From the NCBI RefSeq assembly GCF_902713615.1, contig NC_052146.1:130737875-130801874 (forward strand): a stretch of 64,000 bases of DNA, written 5' to 3'. This document shows, piece by piece, positions 1 through 13,268 of this stretch. The notes under the pieces are model-generated. The model saw only the letters and a program-made list of their open reading frames with translations, searched no databases and was not told where the DNA came from. The DNA comes from Scyliorhinus canicula. Taxonomy: Eukaryota. The translations under genes were made by a program, and so were the position numbers. Every line of letters begins with the position of its first letter. Positions within the stretch are counted from its first letter, which is position 1.

Positions 1-93
1 TAGCAGCACTGTTTGTAGCTGCTCCTGTAATATCGTTATTGTAAATAAATATTGGTGTGGTGACGGAACTCCTGCCTCCCGTGGATTACTGCA

Positions 94-366
94 ACTGCTG
101 AAAACATTTATAATTCCAAATTCACTAAATGATCAAGAGATAGTCTTTTCATGGCAGAGAGATCAACAGTACACCCGCTCTGTCTGGCTTCCGCTCCAAC
201 ACTGAAAACAAAACTAAAACACACCCTGCAGCAAACAGCCTAAAACGAAAGTAAAAAGCTGACAGACAGCCCAGCTCCACCCACACTCTGACATCACTAA
301 TACACACTCATTTCTTAAAGGTACATTTCCTAAACACCCATTTCTTAAAGGTACTCTCATATGACA
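94..366 (-). mobile_element. LTR fragment related to the LTR at 2492-3138
   Basis: Minus strand begins TGTCATATGAGAGTACCTTTAAGAAATG and contains gtgggtggagctgggctg, resembling TGTCATGGGAGTGTCCCTTTAAGAAATG...gtgggtggagctgag at 2492. Confidence 0.5.
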
Positions 367-727
367 AAATAAACTCAAGGACTTATATCATTACAAGAAT
401 ATAACATTGATAAATGTTGACCAGGGCACCCTTCTCTTTTTGAATTCTGCCTTACAGCACCTATGGCCACCAGAACATACAGAAGGTGTCTTGGTTTAAA
501 GTCTCATCCAAAAATCAATGGCCTGGGATTTTCTTTGAAAAGTTGTATTGAAGCAATGTTACAATTGTGGGAAAATGCCCATTATTGTTATGTCAAGAGA
601 ATTTGGAGGTTGGATAGAAATGGGTGCAAACTACTTACTCCTGATTTTTTTTCAGTACTGTGTTGAACCCGCAAAATGTTCAACAAAAGTCTCACTTTGG
701 CCGTACAAAACTGCGGTTCAAATATAT

Positions 728-900
728 TTGGATTGGATTGGGTTGGTTTGTTGTCACCTGTACCGAGGTACAGTGAAAAGTATTGTTCTGCGTGCAGCTC
801 AAACAGATCATTCTGTACATGAAAAGAAAATACATAATAGGGCATACATAAAAGACACAATATAAATGCATAGACTCAGGCATCAGGTGAAGCATACAGA
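728..900 (-). mobile_element. 3' tail of Rex1/Babar-type LINE
   Basis: (ttgga)n followed by ttgtcacctgtaccgaggtacagtgaaaag, the reverse complement of the tail at 51100-51157. Confidence 0.7.
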
Positions 901-2491
901 AGGTGGGGTACTACTACTCAGTAGTTAGAAAGGGTTCTAAATCTGTGCTGACACTTTTCAGCAGAGCAGGACTCAGAGCTATAATTCTATGGAGTTAATT
1001 TTAAGTGTTATTTTTTATTTGTCCTTACCTGAAACCCACAATTAATTTCCTGTTGATCAAAATATTTTGGTTAACTCCTCTGATGGCTCAGGGAATAAAT
1101 TGAAAGAACAGTTGATCCATACAGACCATGAAATTCTCCATTTGATCTGAGGACTATGCAGAGTCCTGCTGAGCTAGCAGTAGGAGCGTTAGAATGAGTC
1201 AGCAGTTGTGAATTGGGATTGAGAATATCAGACAAGCTTCCGGTGTCTGAATAATATTAGGAGACCAATGCTGAAAGTGCATATGAGTATAAGTTGGATG
1301 AATACAAGCTATGTTTTTTTTAATAAATATTTTTATTAGGTTTTTCAATTTTTTTAACATAAAATACATTACACACATTCAACTAACATTTAACAATCGC
1401 TTCCTCAACCTGAAAACATTTAATTAACTAACGACGCCCCTCCTTTTAGCTGCTGACTGAGGCTAATTCCTTCAAGTGAGATATGAACAGACGCCATCTC
1501 TTGTGAAACCCCTCCTCATTCCCTCTTAAACTAAATTTAACCTTCTCTCGGCTCAGAAAATCTATTGCATCTCCCAGTCATACTGAGGCACAGGGTGGAG
1601 AAACTGACCTCCACCCCAATAGGATCTGCCTCTCGCCACCAGCGAGGCAAAGACTAAGACACTTGCTACTGCCCTTGTCCGGCAAGTCCTACACCCCGAA
1701 TATGGCTCCCAGTGGTTGGGTTCTAGGTCCAACCGTAACACTGTCGGCATGGTGCTAAAGAAGTTGTCCCAGAACATCCTCAGTATCACGCATGACCAAA
1801 ACATGTGTACATGATTGGCCGCTGCCTTCCCACATCTGTCACAAATGTCCTCAACCCCTTCTCATTCTCGACCTCGTCAAATGTGTTCTGTGAACTACTT
1901 TCAATTGTATTGGTGCCAATGTCACACATGAGGTCGATGCATTTATCCTCCATAAAATTTCGCACCAAAGCCCTTCTTTCAATGTCTCCCTAATTCCTCC
2001 TCCCATTTGGCCTTACCCTATTGAGGGATTCTGATCCTGCTTCCATAGTTTTTCTATAAATAGCAGAGGTAACTCCACCTTCTATCCTCAACACCATCAA
2101 CACCTCCTCCAGCAAAGAAGAAGGGGGTAGGTATCATTGAAACATCTCCCTTACAAAAGCCATATCTGTGTATATCTAAAGGCCTCCCTCCTTGGGAGCT
2201 CATATTTCCCCCTCAATTCTTCAAATGTTGCAAACGACCTTCAAGAAGAAGTCTTTCAACATGATCACACCTTTTTCCTCCCAGTCTTGAAACCCAGCGT
2301 CCATTCTTGCAAGTTTAAACAGATGGCTTTCTCGAACTGGCAGTAATTTTGACCCTGCATAATTTAAAATGTTTATGAAACTGCTTCTATATCATCAGTG
2401 TTGACACTACAACCGAGCTCTTTGAGTATTTCCGTGGTATCAATGAATGTGGTGCTGTTGCCAGCACCCACGGCCTCGACCCTTTACACAC

Positions 2492-3138
2492 TGTCATGGG
2501 AGTGTCCCTTTAAGAAATGTTTTGTCTTATCACATGGCTTCAGTGATGACATTCTGTGGGTGGAGCTGAGTTGTGGCTTTTGCTTTGGTTTGGGGCTGTT
2601 TTGTGGCTCTGAGGTTTTTTGCTTTAAGTTTCACATTTGGCTGCTGTATTCAGACAGACAAGTATCTTGGTGTCTCTCTGCATTTTAAAAGCTGTTTCCA
2701 GATGACTTGATAACTTAAAAAGAAATAACTGTTTTCTGGAAGATATTCAAACCTGCTGTTTTGGGAAGGATACAAGAGCGTCCATAACAGGTCTTGAGTG
2801 CTGTGTGCTGGGCCACACCTTTGAAAAGGGGTTTCTGGTTTCTGGGATTCTGTTACTAAATTGGAACAGCTTAAAGGGGGAATTTATTAAAGGTTATACA
2901 TAGAGTACTGTAGCTGTGTGGGGTATTTATGTTTGTAGTTGATAAAAATGTTTACTGTGTGTGTTTATAAAAATGTTAACTAAATTCGTAGAATAAACTT
3001 TGTCTTTGATTAAAAGTGCTTAAGGCCTCTGTTGAGTAACACCTGAAAGGTAGACCCATAACCAACATTAGTAATCAGTTGTAGTTCAGGTGAACTCCAT
3101 GATATATTTTGGAGCTTTCTAAACCCTGGCCCATAACA
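2492..3138 (+). mobile_element. Solo LTR inserted in the L1
   Basis: TGTCA...TAACA termini, AATAAA near 2992, interrupts LINE ORF2 sequence; no clear TSD. Confidence 0.6.
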
Positions 3139-4611
3139 ATGCCCCTTCCTCCATCTGCAACCAAACCGTACCTGGTTCTCAACTGCAGCATTGAACCTTC
3201 TTGGCATTCACTGTCCAATAACAGTGCTGAAGATTCGGCAGGGCTAGGCCACCCATTGTTGCTCCCCCTGACACAATGATTTACAAATCCTCGGGACCTT
3301 ACCAGCCCATATAAACAAAGAGATCAATCCTTCCACACCTGTAAAAAAGGTTTTAGTTAAAAAGACTGGGAGACACTGAAATAAAAACAAAATCCATGGC
3401 AGAACATTCATTTTTACCCCTCACACTCAGCCCGTAAACAATAGGGGCAGAGTATCCCATCTTTGTAAGTCTTCCTTAACCCTTGCTTTTAGGCTTGTAA
3501 AATTCAATTTGCGGAACTGAGCCCAGTATTGAGCTACTTGTACCCCAAGTAGTTAGTTACTGATCGAAATGGAATGTCTTCCATGCTCTGTCCTTCCCTC
3601 AGTGCTGAGATTGAAAAGCACTCACTTTTTTCAAAATGTAACTGCTGAAAAGGTTACAAATGTTTCCAAGCGTAGCCATTGGGCTAGATATATACAAAGG
3701 TAAATCGTTGGCATATAATGACACCCTGTGTTCCACCCTTTCCTCATTATCCTCTTCCATTGATTTGAACTCCTCAGCACAATGGCCAAGGGTCCCTTCT
3801 CTAAAGTAAACAGTAGAGGGGACATGGGGCACCCCTGTCACATTCCCCTCTACTATTGCTGAAAGTATTCCAAGCTCATTTTGCTCATTTGTACACTTGC
3901 CCTCGGATCTGATTTGACCCAAGCTGCGAACTTAGGCCGAATTCTAAACTGTTCCAACGTCGCAAACAAATACTTCAATTCTACTCTATCAAACGCCTTC
4001 TCTGCATCTAATGCCATTATCACCTCCTACTCCTTTCCCTCTGCCAGCGTCAAAACCACGTTTAACAGATGTCGTACATTTGAAGCTAACCGTCTCGCAG
4101 TTACGAATCCCTTCTGGTCTTCCCCTATTATCCACGGCGGGCACTTCTCTAATCTAAGAGCCAACACCTTTGTCAATATCTTTACATCCACATTTAATAA
4201 TGATATTTGCCGATATGACCCACACTCCATTGGATCTTTATCTTTTTCCAACACTCGTGAAATCAAAGCTTGCCTTAGCATCTCATCCCTTTACTGCATC
4301 TTCAAATATTATTACCAGTAGTGAAGCCAGCTTATCCATAAATTTCTTATAGAACTCCACCGGGAAACCATCCAGTTCTGCTGCCTTCCCCGTCTGCATC
4401 TTCCCTGTTCCAATATGTATTTCCTCCAACCCTTTGGGCCCCTCCCGTCCGGCCTTATCTTCTTCATCTAGAATAGGAAATTTCAATTCCTCGAAGAATT
4501 TTTGCTTATCCCACTCATTTTCTGGGGGCTCTAATCTATACAAATTTCTAGAACATTTTTCCAACACCTTATTCGCCTGTTCCAGTGTTGACATCAACCT
4601 CCTCGTTTCAT

Positions 4612-4972
4612 ATAGAATCATATAGAATTAGAATTTACAGTGCAGAAGGAGGCCATTCGGCCCATCGAGTCTGCACCGGCTCCTGGAAAGAGCACCCTAC
4701 CCAAGGTTAACACCTCCACCCTATCCCTATAACCCAGTAACCCCACCCAACACTAAGGGCAATTTTGGACACTAAAGGCAATTTATCATGGCCAATCCAC
4801 CTAACTTGCACATCTTTGGACTGTGGGAGGAAACCGGAGCACCCGGAGGAAACCCACGCACACACGGGGAGGATGTGCAGACTCCGCACAGACAGTGACC
4901 CAAGCCGGAATCGAAACTGGGACCCTGGAGCTGTGAAGCGATTGTGCTATCCACAATGCTACCGTGCTGCCC
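4612..4972 (-). mobile_element. HE1/V-SINE-type tRNA-derived SINE with CR1-type tail
   Basis: Head GGGCAGCACGGTAGCA, B-box-like GTTTCGATTCC, V-type core ggtttcctccgggtgctccggtttcctccc, ttcta-repeat tail; TSD gtttcat at 4605-4611 and 4974-4980. Confidence 0.9.
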
Positions 4973-6010
4973 TGTTTCATCCCAGACTTGCATAATCTCC
5001 TTCGAGGCCACCTGATGTCTAAGTTTGCTTGCTAACGTCTGACTACCTTTGTCCCCACACTCATACACTGTCTTAACTGTCATACCGCTTTCCTGGTCGA
5101 TAGCAAATCAAACTTCATTTGAAGCTCCTTCCTGCTCCAGTGTGGGTTTCTCCGCATACTTCCCATCTACCTCCAACATTTCATCCACCAGACATTGGTG
5201 TTCCTCCCTCACTTCCTATCCAACTGTGCCTTGTATGTGATCAATTCCCCCTGCACTCCTGCCTTTAGTGCTTCCCAAACCATTGAGGGCAAGACCTCCC
5301 AATTATTATTACGCATAATATATTCATCAATAACTCCACTTATCCTTCCGCATAAACCTGAATCTGCCAACGATTCCACCTCTACCCACCATGGCGGTCT
5401 TTGAATCGGCCCCTTCGCCAAGACTACCTCTACCAAGTGTGGGACATGGTCTGAAGTAACAATCTCAGAATAATCCGCTTTCCTCATCCCCGGTAATTGC
5501 GCCCTCCCTATGATGAAAAAAATCAATCGTTGAAAATACATTATGTACAGGAGAGAAAGGGTATTCTTTTCCCTCAAGGTGTAAAAACCGCCAGTACCAC
5601 TGATCTTCCCTCCAATGTACCTTTGACTATGACGTACCTGCCCCCTTGATCTATTATCGCATGTTCCATCTGAAATTTAACCATTTTGCTCACCAATATT
5701 GTCAGCCCTCGGGCCCTGCTATTAAAACCCAAGTGGGGTATCTGACTCACCCATCCCTTTGGAGCTGCTACTGATCCTTTATCCTCAAATGAGCCTCCTG
5801 AGGCAGCACCACATCAGCTTTCAAACTCTTCAGATGTGAGAGGACTCTTGACCTCTTCACCGGACCTCCCAGTCCCCTTACGTTCCAAGTCACAAACTGG
5901 ACTGGGGGTTTCTCACCTCTCCTCTCAACCAATTTAACCATCACCCTTCCAAGGGATATGTCTGCCCCCGCCAGAATTTCCAATTCCTCACCTCATTTTT
6001 ATAACCTTTG

Positions 6011-6245
6011 AGGGCAGCACAGTGGCCTAGTGGTTAGCACAACCGCCTCACGGCACTGAGGTCCCAGGTTCGATCCCGGCTCTGGGTCACTGTCCGTGTG
6101 GAGTTTGCACATTCTCCCCGTGTCTGCGTGGATTTCGCCCCCACAACCCAAAAGTGTGCAGAGTAGGTGGATTGGCCACGCTAAATTGCCCCTTAATTGG
6201 AAAAAATAATTGGGTAATCTAAATTTATTAAAAAAAAATAAAAAT
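6011..6245 (+). mobile_element. Short HE1-related SINE ending in poly(A), with 15-bp TSD
   Basis: gggcagcacagtggcctagtgg...ggttcgatccc head, A-rich end; TSD tttttataacctttg at 5996-6010 and 6246-6260. Confidence 0.85.
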
Positions 6246-8340
6246 TTTTTATAACCTTTGGCCTTACCCGCCCGTTGAGCCCAACCCTTATTTCATATCT
6301 CTGTCAGCCAGCTTCTCCTACTCCTCCACCCTATCCCATAAATCCCCCAGATATTTAGTCTTGAAACTATTTTCATTATCTTTATGCTATTCCCCATTCA
6401 CTCACACCAGCTTACCAGCGGGGTGGCTCTCATTAAAGCCCTTTACATTAATGGCTCAGATATTAGGGACTTCACGTTGCCCTTCTCCCCTACTTCCCTC
6501 TTTTTAAAAATATTTTTTATTTGTTTATCTATTTTTCCCCCTAAATATTATATGTTTTTTCTTTTTCTTCCCCCTCTTAAACATACACATTCTTTACCCC
6601 AAATTATTTCCGAAACATTTATATACAATCCTAATATAATACAAACAGCCAAATATGTTAACAACAAACATCAAAACCGTATAAAATGGAGATATCTATA
6701 ACAAAACATTACATCAAACCAATCCAACCTAATAATAATATCAAAGCCTCACCGCAAGACTTAATTAAGGGCAAAGGTCTTTGGAGTTGAATGTCACTCG
6801 TAACCTTGGCGGTTAGACCATTCTGAATCGTACATCCTCCTTATCGTGTGCTGCTTTCGCCTTGCTGAAAGATATATGTTTTTTTGCAAGCTCAGTTGTC
6901 ACACCTTGACAGATGTGAATGGCGTTGACTTCCCATCTCACTTCACTTTCAGTTTCGCCCATTACAATACTTAGCCTGATATCTGCTGAAGCAAACGATC
7001 ACTGCTATTGGCGATTGGTTCGCCTATGATTTTGGGCGAAGTGATCGGGGGCCCTGTCTAGCTCAGAGAGTAACCTCCTCTTCTTCACTCAACAGCTTCG
7101 CAAACATTCTGGCAAAGTATTCTGTTGGTCTCTGGCATTCCAGCCCCTCTGCCAAACCCACAATCTGAAGATTATTCCGTCTTGACCGGTTCTCCAAGTC
7201 TTCCATCTTTGTCCTCAAGTCATTGTTGATGCTATGAACTCTTGCTACCTCTATTTTCAGAAATTCTAGGTGGCCACTATGTATTGATAGTGCCTCTTCC
7301 ATCCTTTCAAAACTTCCCCATATTCCTGCACTGTCACTGATGCCTTGCTCAAAGCCTCCTTTATTGCGGCCAACATATCCTCTAGTGACTGCTTCAGAGT
7401 TTTCATCATTTATTTACCTTGTCTTCCAAAGTGTTTGGTGAGTTGTATTTCAAATTCAGCAGCCATGATTTCTAAGAGGATATCTACTGTGACAAGTGTA
7501 GCAGTACCATCTGACGGTTTTATTTCTGCCATTTTGATTGTACTTTTATCTTTATTTTGAACGACTGTGGTAAGCCACAGCAGCACTTTGGGGGGGGGGG
7601 GGGGGGGTGGTCCACTACTGTGGTAAATGCAGCAGCAGCATTTAATGAACCGGGGTGGTTGAGGGTGGGGGGGGGGGGGGGGGAGGAGGGGGGGTTGGGG
7701 GTGGGGGGGGAGGGGGGGTTGGGGGGGGGGGGTGAGGGGGGGTTGGGGTGGGGGGGGGCCCCTTTTAACTACCTGCGCACTTTCAGCAGCAGCATTTGGC
7801 CGATTTCTTTTTTTTATTGTTGTAAGTGCACCAGCGTAATATCAACAGCAGCATCTGATGAATTCACTCCCGCCATTTTGACCACACTATCTGACGGCAT
7901 TATCACCTCCACCCTACCTTCCTCGGGGCTCGAGCCTTCATTCATCACCATTGATGAAGAAACACCCATCTCTGTCCTTTTGTTCAACAGTTATTGCTGG
8001 GCTCGGCGTGCCTTTAAAATTGATAGTCACCGGAACCAATCTTCGGCGAATTGAAAACAAAACAGCGAAAGAAGAGCGAGAATCTAGGATATCAACGGGA
8101 ACAATTCCAGGGAATTTTTTTTTAATCCCAAAAGAAAAGGGAGGAAGAAGAGCGATAGTTGAAGATGTCAATGGAACTAATCTCCAGTGAATTTTGTTTA
8201 AAAAAGGGAAAGAAGAGCAAGAATTGAGGACGTTGACAGGAGCCACCAACTTGCGGCCATCTCCTACATATCGTCAACCAGAATGGTTGAGGAGAAGCTA
8301 GATGCCCATTGAAATAATATAGTCTGTCAGTGGTTACAAG

Positions 8341-8686
8341 AGGCACAGTGGCACAGCAGTTAGCAATGTTGCCTCACAGCGCCAAGGCCCCAGATTTGAC
8401 TCCGACCTTGGATGACTGTCTATAAGCAGTTTTCACGTTCTCCACGTAACTGCGTGGGTTTCCCCCGGGTGCTCCGGTTTCCTATCACAGTCCAAAGATG
8501 TGCAGGTTAGGTGGATTGGCCATGTAAATTGCTCCTGAGTGTCCAAAGATGTGTAGGCTACGTTACGGGGTCATCGGGATAGGGCGAGGGAGCGGGCCTG
8601 GGTGGAGTGCTCTTTTGGGGGGTCCATACAGAATTGATGCGCTGAATGGTCTCCTTCTGCACTGCAGGGATTCTATGATTCTATGA
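8341..8686 (+). mobile_element. HE1-type SINE
   Basis: tRNA-like head, V core, tail ttctgcactgcagggattctatgattctatga. Confidence 0.85.
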
Positions 8687-9033
8687 AGCCTGGATTTCGA
8701 ACTGAGTGTCAGCATAGTACTTGCACAATTCATTTCAAATGACTCATTGCCAACATTAAGATAATTCTAGGCCTCATTGTTGCAGCCACACACATGGATA
8801 ATATGAGCTAAGGGAATGATCCACACCTACAGGACTGCATCCCAAAAAGGAATCAGCACTTTATGAGGCAAAGGGCAAAATGTGGCAGGGACAAGAATTT
8901 CTCATTGACTCCATGAGCCACAGATACACTGTCGCTAAACTATCACATTAGGAAACATCTGATCCTTAACAAAGTAAATTATCAAGCAAGAAGCCTATTC
9001 ACTTACCGAGATTAGCTAAAGATTAATGGTGAT

Positions 9034-10363
9034 TGATGTACCATCAATTCACTGCAAGACGACGAGAGTGAGGGAACATAGGCTTTATTACCCAAGAACC
9101 TGCCTGCCTGAGACTGCTGTAACAACTGAGCGCCGCCCCCAGGCAGCCACCTCGGGGTAGTTAGAAATATAGTCCACGAGGAGGACGTAGTCCCGGCCTT
9201 TTGCGTGAAAGAGATCAATGCCAACCTTGGTCCATGGGGACGATACCAGTTCATGCGGCTGCAAAGTCTCTTTCGGCTGAGCCGGCTGGAACCGTTGGCA
9301 TGTTGGGCAATTGAGGACAGTGTTGGCGATGTCCTGATTGATGCCAGGCCGATATACTGCCTCTCGGGCTTGCCAGCGACACTTTTCCACCCCCAGGTGA
9401 CCCTCGTGGAGTTGGCGAGGATAAGCTCCCGCATGCTCTGGTATTATTATCCTGTCCAGTTTCATTAGTATGCCATCGACCACTGCCAGATCATCTTTTA
9501 TATTATAGAACTGTGGGCACTGGCCGTTTTGCCATCCATCTGTGAGATGGCGCATGACCCGTTGGAGTAGTGGATCCCTGGCCGTTTCATGGCGAATCTG
9601 TACGACCCTTTCATCAGTGGCCGGAAAATTGGATGCGCAGAACTCAACATGGGCGTCGATCTGGCAGACGAAGTCCGACTGCTCGCACGGCATGGTGATG
9701 GAGCGAGAGAGTGCATCGGCTACAATGAGCTCCTTGCCCGGGGTGTAGACCAGGTCGAAATCATAGCGTCGGAGTTGAGGAGGATACGTTGTAGGCATGG
9801 CGTCATATCGTTGAGGTAGTTCTGTATGATGTGAACCAGTGGCCTGTGGTCCGTTTCGACCGTAAACTTGGGGAGTCCATACACGTAATCATGGAATTTG
9901 TCAATCCCCGGGCGTGGAGGAGGCATTGCTTGAGGGCGTCGGAGGGAGGCGTTGCAGAGGAGTCGAGGTAGGCCTCAAAACAGCGGAGCCAGTGGGGGAA
10001 GATTTCCTTAGCTTCTGCAGCTCGTGCGTCGAGTTCTAGTTTATCAGGCTTCAGAGTGGTTTCCATAGTGATGTCTTTAGGTAATAAATTGACGTACCAA
10101 CAATTCACCTCAAGATGATGAGAGCGAGAGAACATAGGCTTTATTACCCAAGAACTTGCCTGCCTGAGACTGCTGTAACAACTGAGTGCCCCCCCCCCCC
10201 CCCCAAGGCGGCTGGTCTATATACCGTCCGGGGGGGCAGAGCCAGGGGCGGAGCCCACCAGGGTTCCAGTCCAATACATGGAAGGAGATCACATTACCAT
10301 TGCTTGGCCATAGGCCACAGTACTATACAGACAACTTATATTATGGTGAATACATTCACCACA
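9034..10363 (-). mobile_element. Chimeric, deleted Gypsy LTR element (family C): 5' LTR 10090-10363, gag start, foreign RNaseH-integrase fragment, partial 3' LTR 9034-~9150
   Basis: 5-bp TSD GTGAT (9029-9033 and 10364-10368); gag METTLKPDKLELDARAAEAKEIFPHWLRCFEAYL; pol piece ETDHRPL...YTPGKELIVADALSR...HEGHLGVEKC...CPTCQ...VGIDLF. Confidence 0.85.
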
Positions 10364-13084
10364 GTGATCTTTACAGCGCCAAGTCTCAATTTACTGACAA
10401 ATGCACAATATTTGAAAAGAACTGTGGTCATAAGTCTATTACCAACCAATGTGATTCACTGCTACAAAACGTTCCAAATATTGTCAAAATTATGTTCACA
10501 AATGGGTGGCGAATGTTACATGCCGTGATTTAAAATTTTGGGAGATTTCTTGGCTCAATGGTAACATTCTTGCCTCAGAAGTTTGTCAGTTCAAGTCCCA
10601 CCAGTGAACTGAGCCTCTCGCCAAAGCTGATACTTCAATCACAGAATTACTGCAGTACAGAAAGAAGCCATTTGGCGCATCGAAGCTGTACTGGCCCTCT
10701 GAAAGAGCACTCTACCTAGGTCCAAGCCCCCACCCTATCCCTGAAACCCTACCTAACCTTTTTGGACTCTCAGCAACAATTTACCATGACCAATCCACCT
10801 CATCTGCACATCTTTGGACTGTGGGAGTGATGCACGATCAATTGCAGAAAGACAAGAGTTGAATACGACTGAGGCTTCATTACACTGAGATGTGTGGCCT
10901 CCTACAGCAGCTGGCGAAATGGCTGCTGTACGGGGCGCACACATATTTATACTCTACCTACTGGGTGGAGCCAGCAGGCAGGGACTACCCCCGTACCTGT
11001 AGTACAGGGTCTTACCACACCCCCCCAATATATACAACAGTGGTGCTTACCACATTCACACCCTGTTAAAATTGAGTCCGGCGGGGGTGGCGGAGAACTA
11101 TATACGGAACAAGTTTTAATATACAGAGGCAAAACATCTTTGGAGTCCAGTACAAGGTGCTTTAACAGTCCCGAACCAATTACAGGTTTAGCCGGTCCAG
11201 GGCCTTGATCTGACTTTGGGAGCGACGCAGTGGTGGCGGCGATTCCGGTGTCGGTCTGGTCCTCGGTGACTCCGGGAGCATGCCGAAATCCTCCTCATCC
11301 TCGGGCGTGGGCAGGGGGAGGATTGATGGTTCTGGGGAGGTTGCTGCTGGGTGCGCCAGGGGAGGGGAAGGTGGCGCCGGGCCAGAGGGGTGTGTGTTTG
11401 GGGAACCTGCTGGTGCCAGGTCCCTGAGGGAGACAGTATCCTGACAGCCATCGGGGTACGCTACGTAGGCATACTGGGGGTTAGCGTGGAGTAACTGCAC
11501 CCTTTCAACCAACGGGTCCGCCTTGTGGAGTCATACGTGCTTACGGAGGAGTACGGGTTCTGGAGCTGCGAGCCAAGTCGGGAGCGACACCCCGGATGTG
11601 GACTTCCTCAGGAAGGCGAATTGACGTTCATGGGGTGTGTTGTTAGTCGCAGTGCATTAGAGCGACCGAATGGAGTGCAGTGCAATGCATTGGGGAGGAC
11701 CTCCTGCCAGCGGGAGGCCGGGAGGTTCCTGGAACGGAGGGCCAGTTGGACGGCCCTCCAGACCATCGCATTCTACCTCTCCACCTGCCCGTTTCCCCGG
11801 GGGTTATAGCTGGTCGTCCTGCTGGAGGCGATACCCCTGCTGAGCAGGAACTGACGCAGCTCATCACTCATGAATGAGGATCCCCTGTCGCTGTGGATGT
11901 AGGCGGGGAAGCCGAACAGAGAGAAGATTGTGTTGATGGCTTTGATGACGGTGGCAGACGTCATGTCGGGGCATGGGATGGCGATGGGGAATCTGGAGTA
12001 CTCATCGACCACACTGAGGAAATACGTGTTACGGTCAGTGGAGGGGAGGGGCCCTTTGGAATCCACACTGAGGTGTTCAAAGGGGCGGGAAGCCTTGACC
12101 AGGCACATGCAGTGAGCTGGTAGAAGTGCAGTTTGCACACCGCACAGACCTGGCAGTCTCTGGTGATTGCCCGTACTTCTTCGATGGAGTAGGGCAGATT
12201 GCAGGCTTTGATGAAGTGGTATAACCGTGTGACTCCTGGGTGACAAAGGTTGTCGTGCAGAATCCAGAGACGGTCCGCCTGTGTGCTGGCACATGTACCT
12301 CGGGATAGGGCATAGGGGGGCTCGTTGAGCTTACCGGGGTGAATCAAAATCTCGTAGTTGTAGGTGGAGAGCTCGATCCTCCACCGCAAGATTTTATTGT
12401 TTTTGATCTTGCCCTGCAGTGTTTGTTTAAACATGAAGGCTACCGACCGTTGGTCAGTGAGGAGAGTAAATTGCCTGCCTCCAATGCCACACAGCTTCAA
12501 CGATGGCCTGGGCCTCTTTTTCGCTGGAGGAGTGTCGAATTTTGAAGGCATGAAGGGTTCGTGAAAAGAATGCCACGGGCGTCCCTGCCTGGTTGAGGGT
12601 GGCGGCTAGGGCAATGTCTGATCCGTCGCTCTCTACTTGAAAGGGTAATGTCTCGTCGACTGCGTGCATCGCGGCCTTGCCGATGTCGGCCCTAATACGG
12701 TTGAAGGCCTGTTGAGCCTTGGCCATCAGGGGGAAAAGAGTGGACTGGATGAGTGGGTGGACCATGTCCACATAGTTTGGGACCCACGGGGCATAGTAAG
12801 AAAAGAACCCCAGAAGGCCTTGGGGAGTGGGGAAGGGGGAGTTCCATGAGGGGGAGCATGCGGTCGGGGTAGGGCCCCAGAACACCGTTCTGGACCACAT
12901 AGCCGAGGATGGCTAAGCGGTTCGTGCTGAATACGCACTTCTCCTTGTTATAGGTGAGGTTTAGGAGAGTGACGGAGTGGAGAAATTTGGCAAGGTTGGC
13001 ATCTTGGTCTTGCTGATCGTGGCCGCAGATGGTGACATTGTCTAGGTGCGGGAAAGTGGCCTGCAGCCCATACCGGTCAACCAT

Positions 13085-13268
13085 GTTTAGCACAGGGCTT
13101 AATCGCTGGCTTTGAAAGCAGACCAAGCAGGCCAGCAGCACGGTTCGATTCCCGTACCAGCCTCCCCGAATAGGCGCCGTAATGTGGCGACTAGGGGCTT
13201 TTCACAGTAACTTCATTTGAAGTCTACTCGTGACAATAAGCGATTTTCATTTAATTTCATTTCATTCA
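13085..13268 (+). mobile_element. tRNA(Lys)-like SINE with Rex1-type tail, inserted in the RT of family B
   Basis: gtttagcacagggc...ggctttgaaagc...ggttcgattccc head; tail ttttcacagtaac...gtgacaataagcga(tttca)n; splits the RT ORF. Confidence 0.8.

Larger units (their letters stand above)
1313..8250 (-). mobile_element. Degenerate near-full-length L1/Tx1-type LINE (ORF1, APE endonuclease, RT) with nested insertions
   Basis: ORF1 motif DLENRSRRNNLQIVGLAEG (7063-7302); endonuclease TWNVRGLGGPVKRSRVLSHLKSLKADV (5768-5983); RT SYRQISLLNVDVKILTKVLALRL (4027-4281), SPLLF and LYANDL (3599-3922); T-rich 3' end near 1313; many stops and frameshifts. Confidence 0.85.

Noticed and set aside
7557-8250. 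ORFs in the poly-G region at the L1 5' end
   Set aside because: Low-complexity sequence plus repeated KMA..SD pieces of the L1 ORF1 start or 5' UTR; no recognisable independent protein
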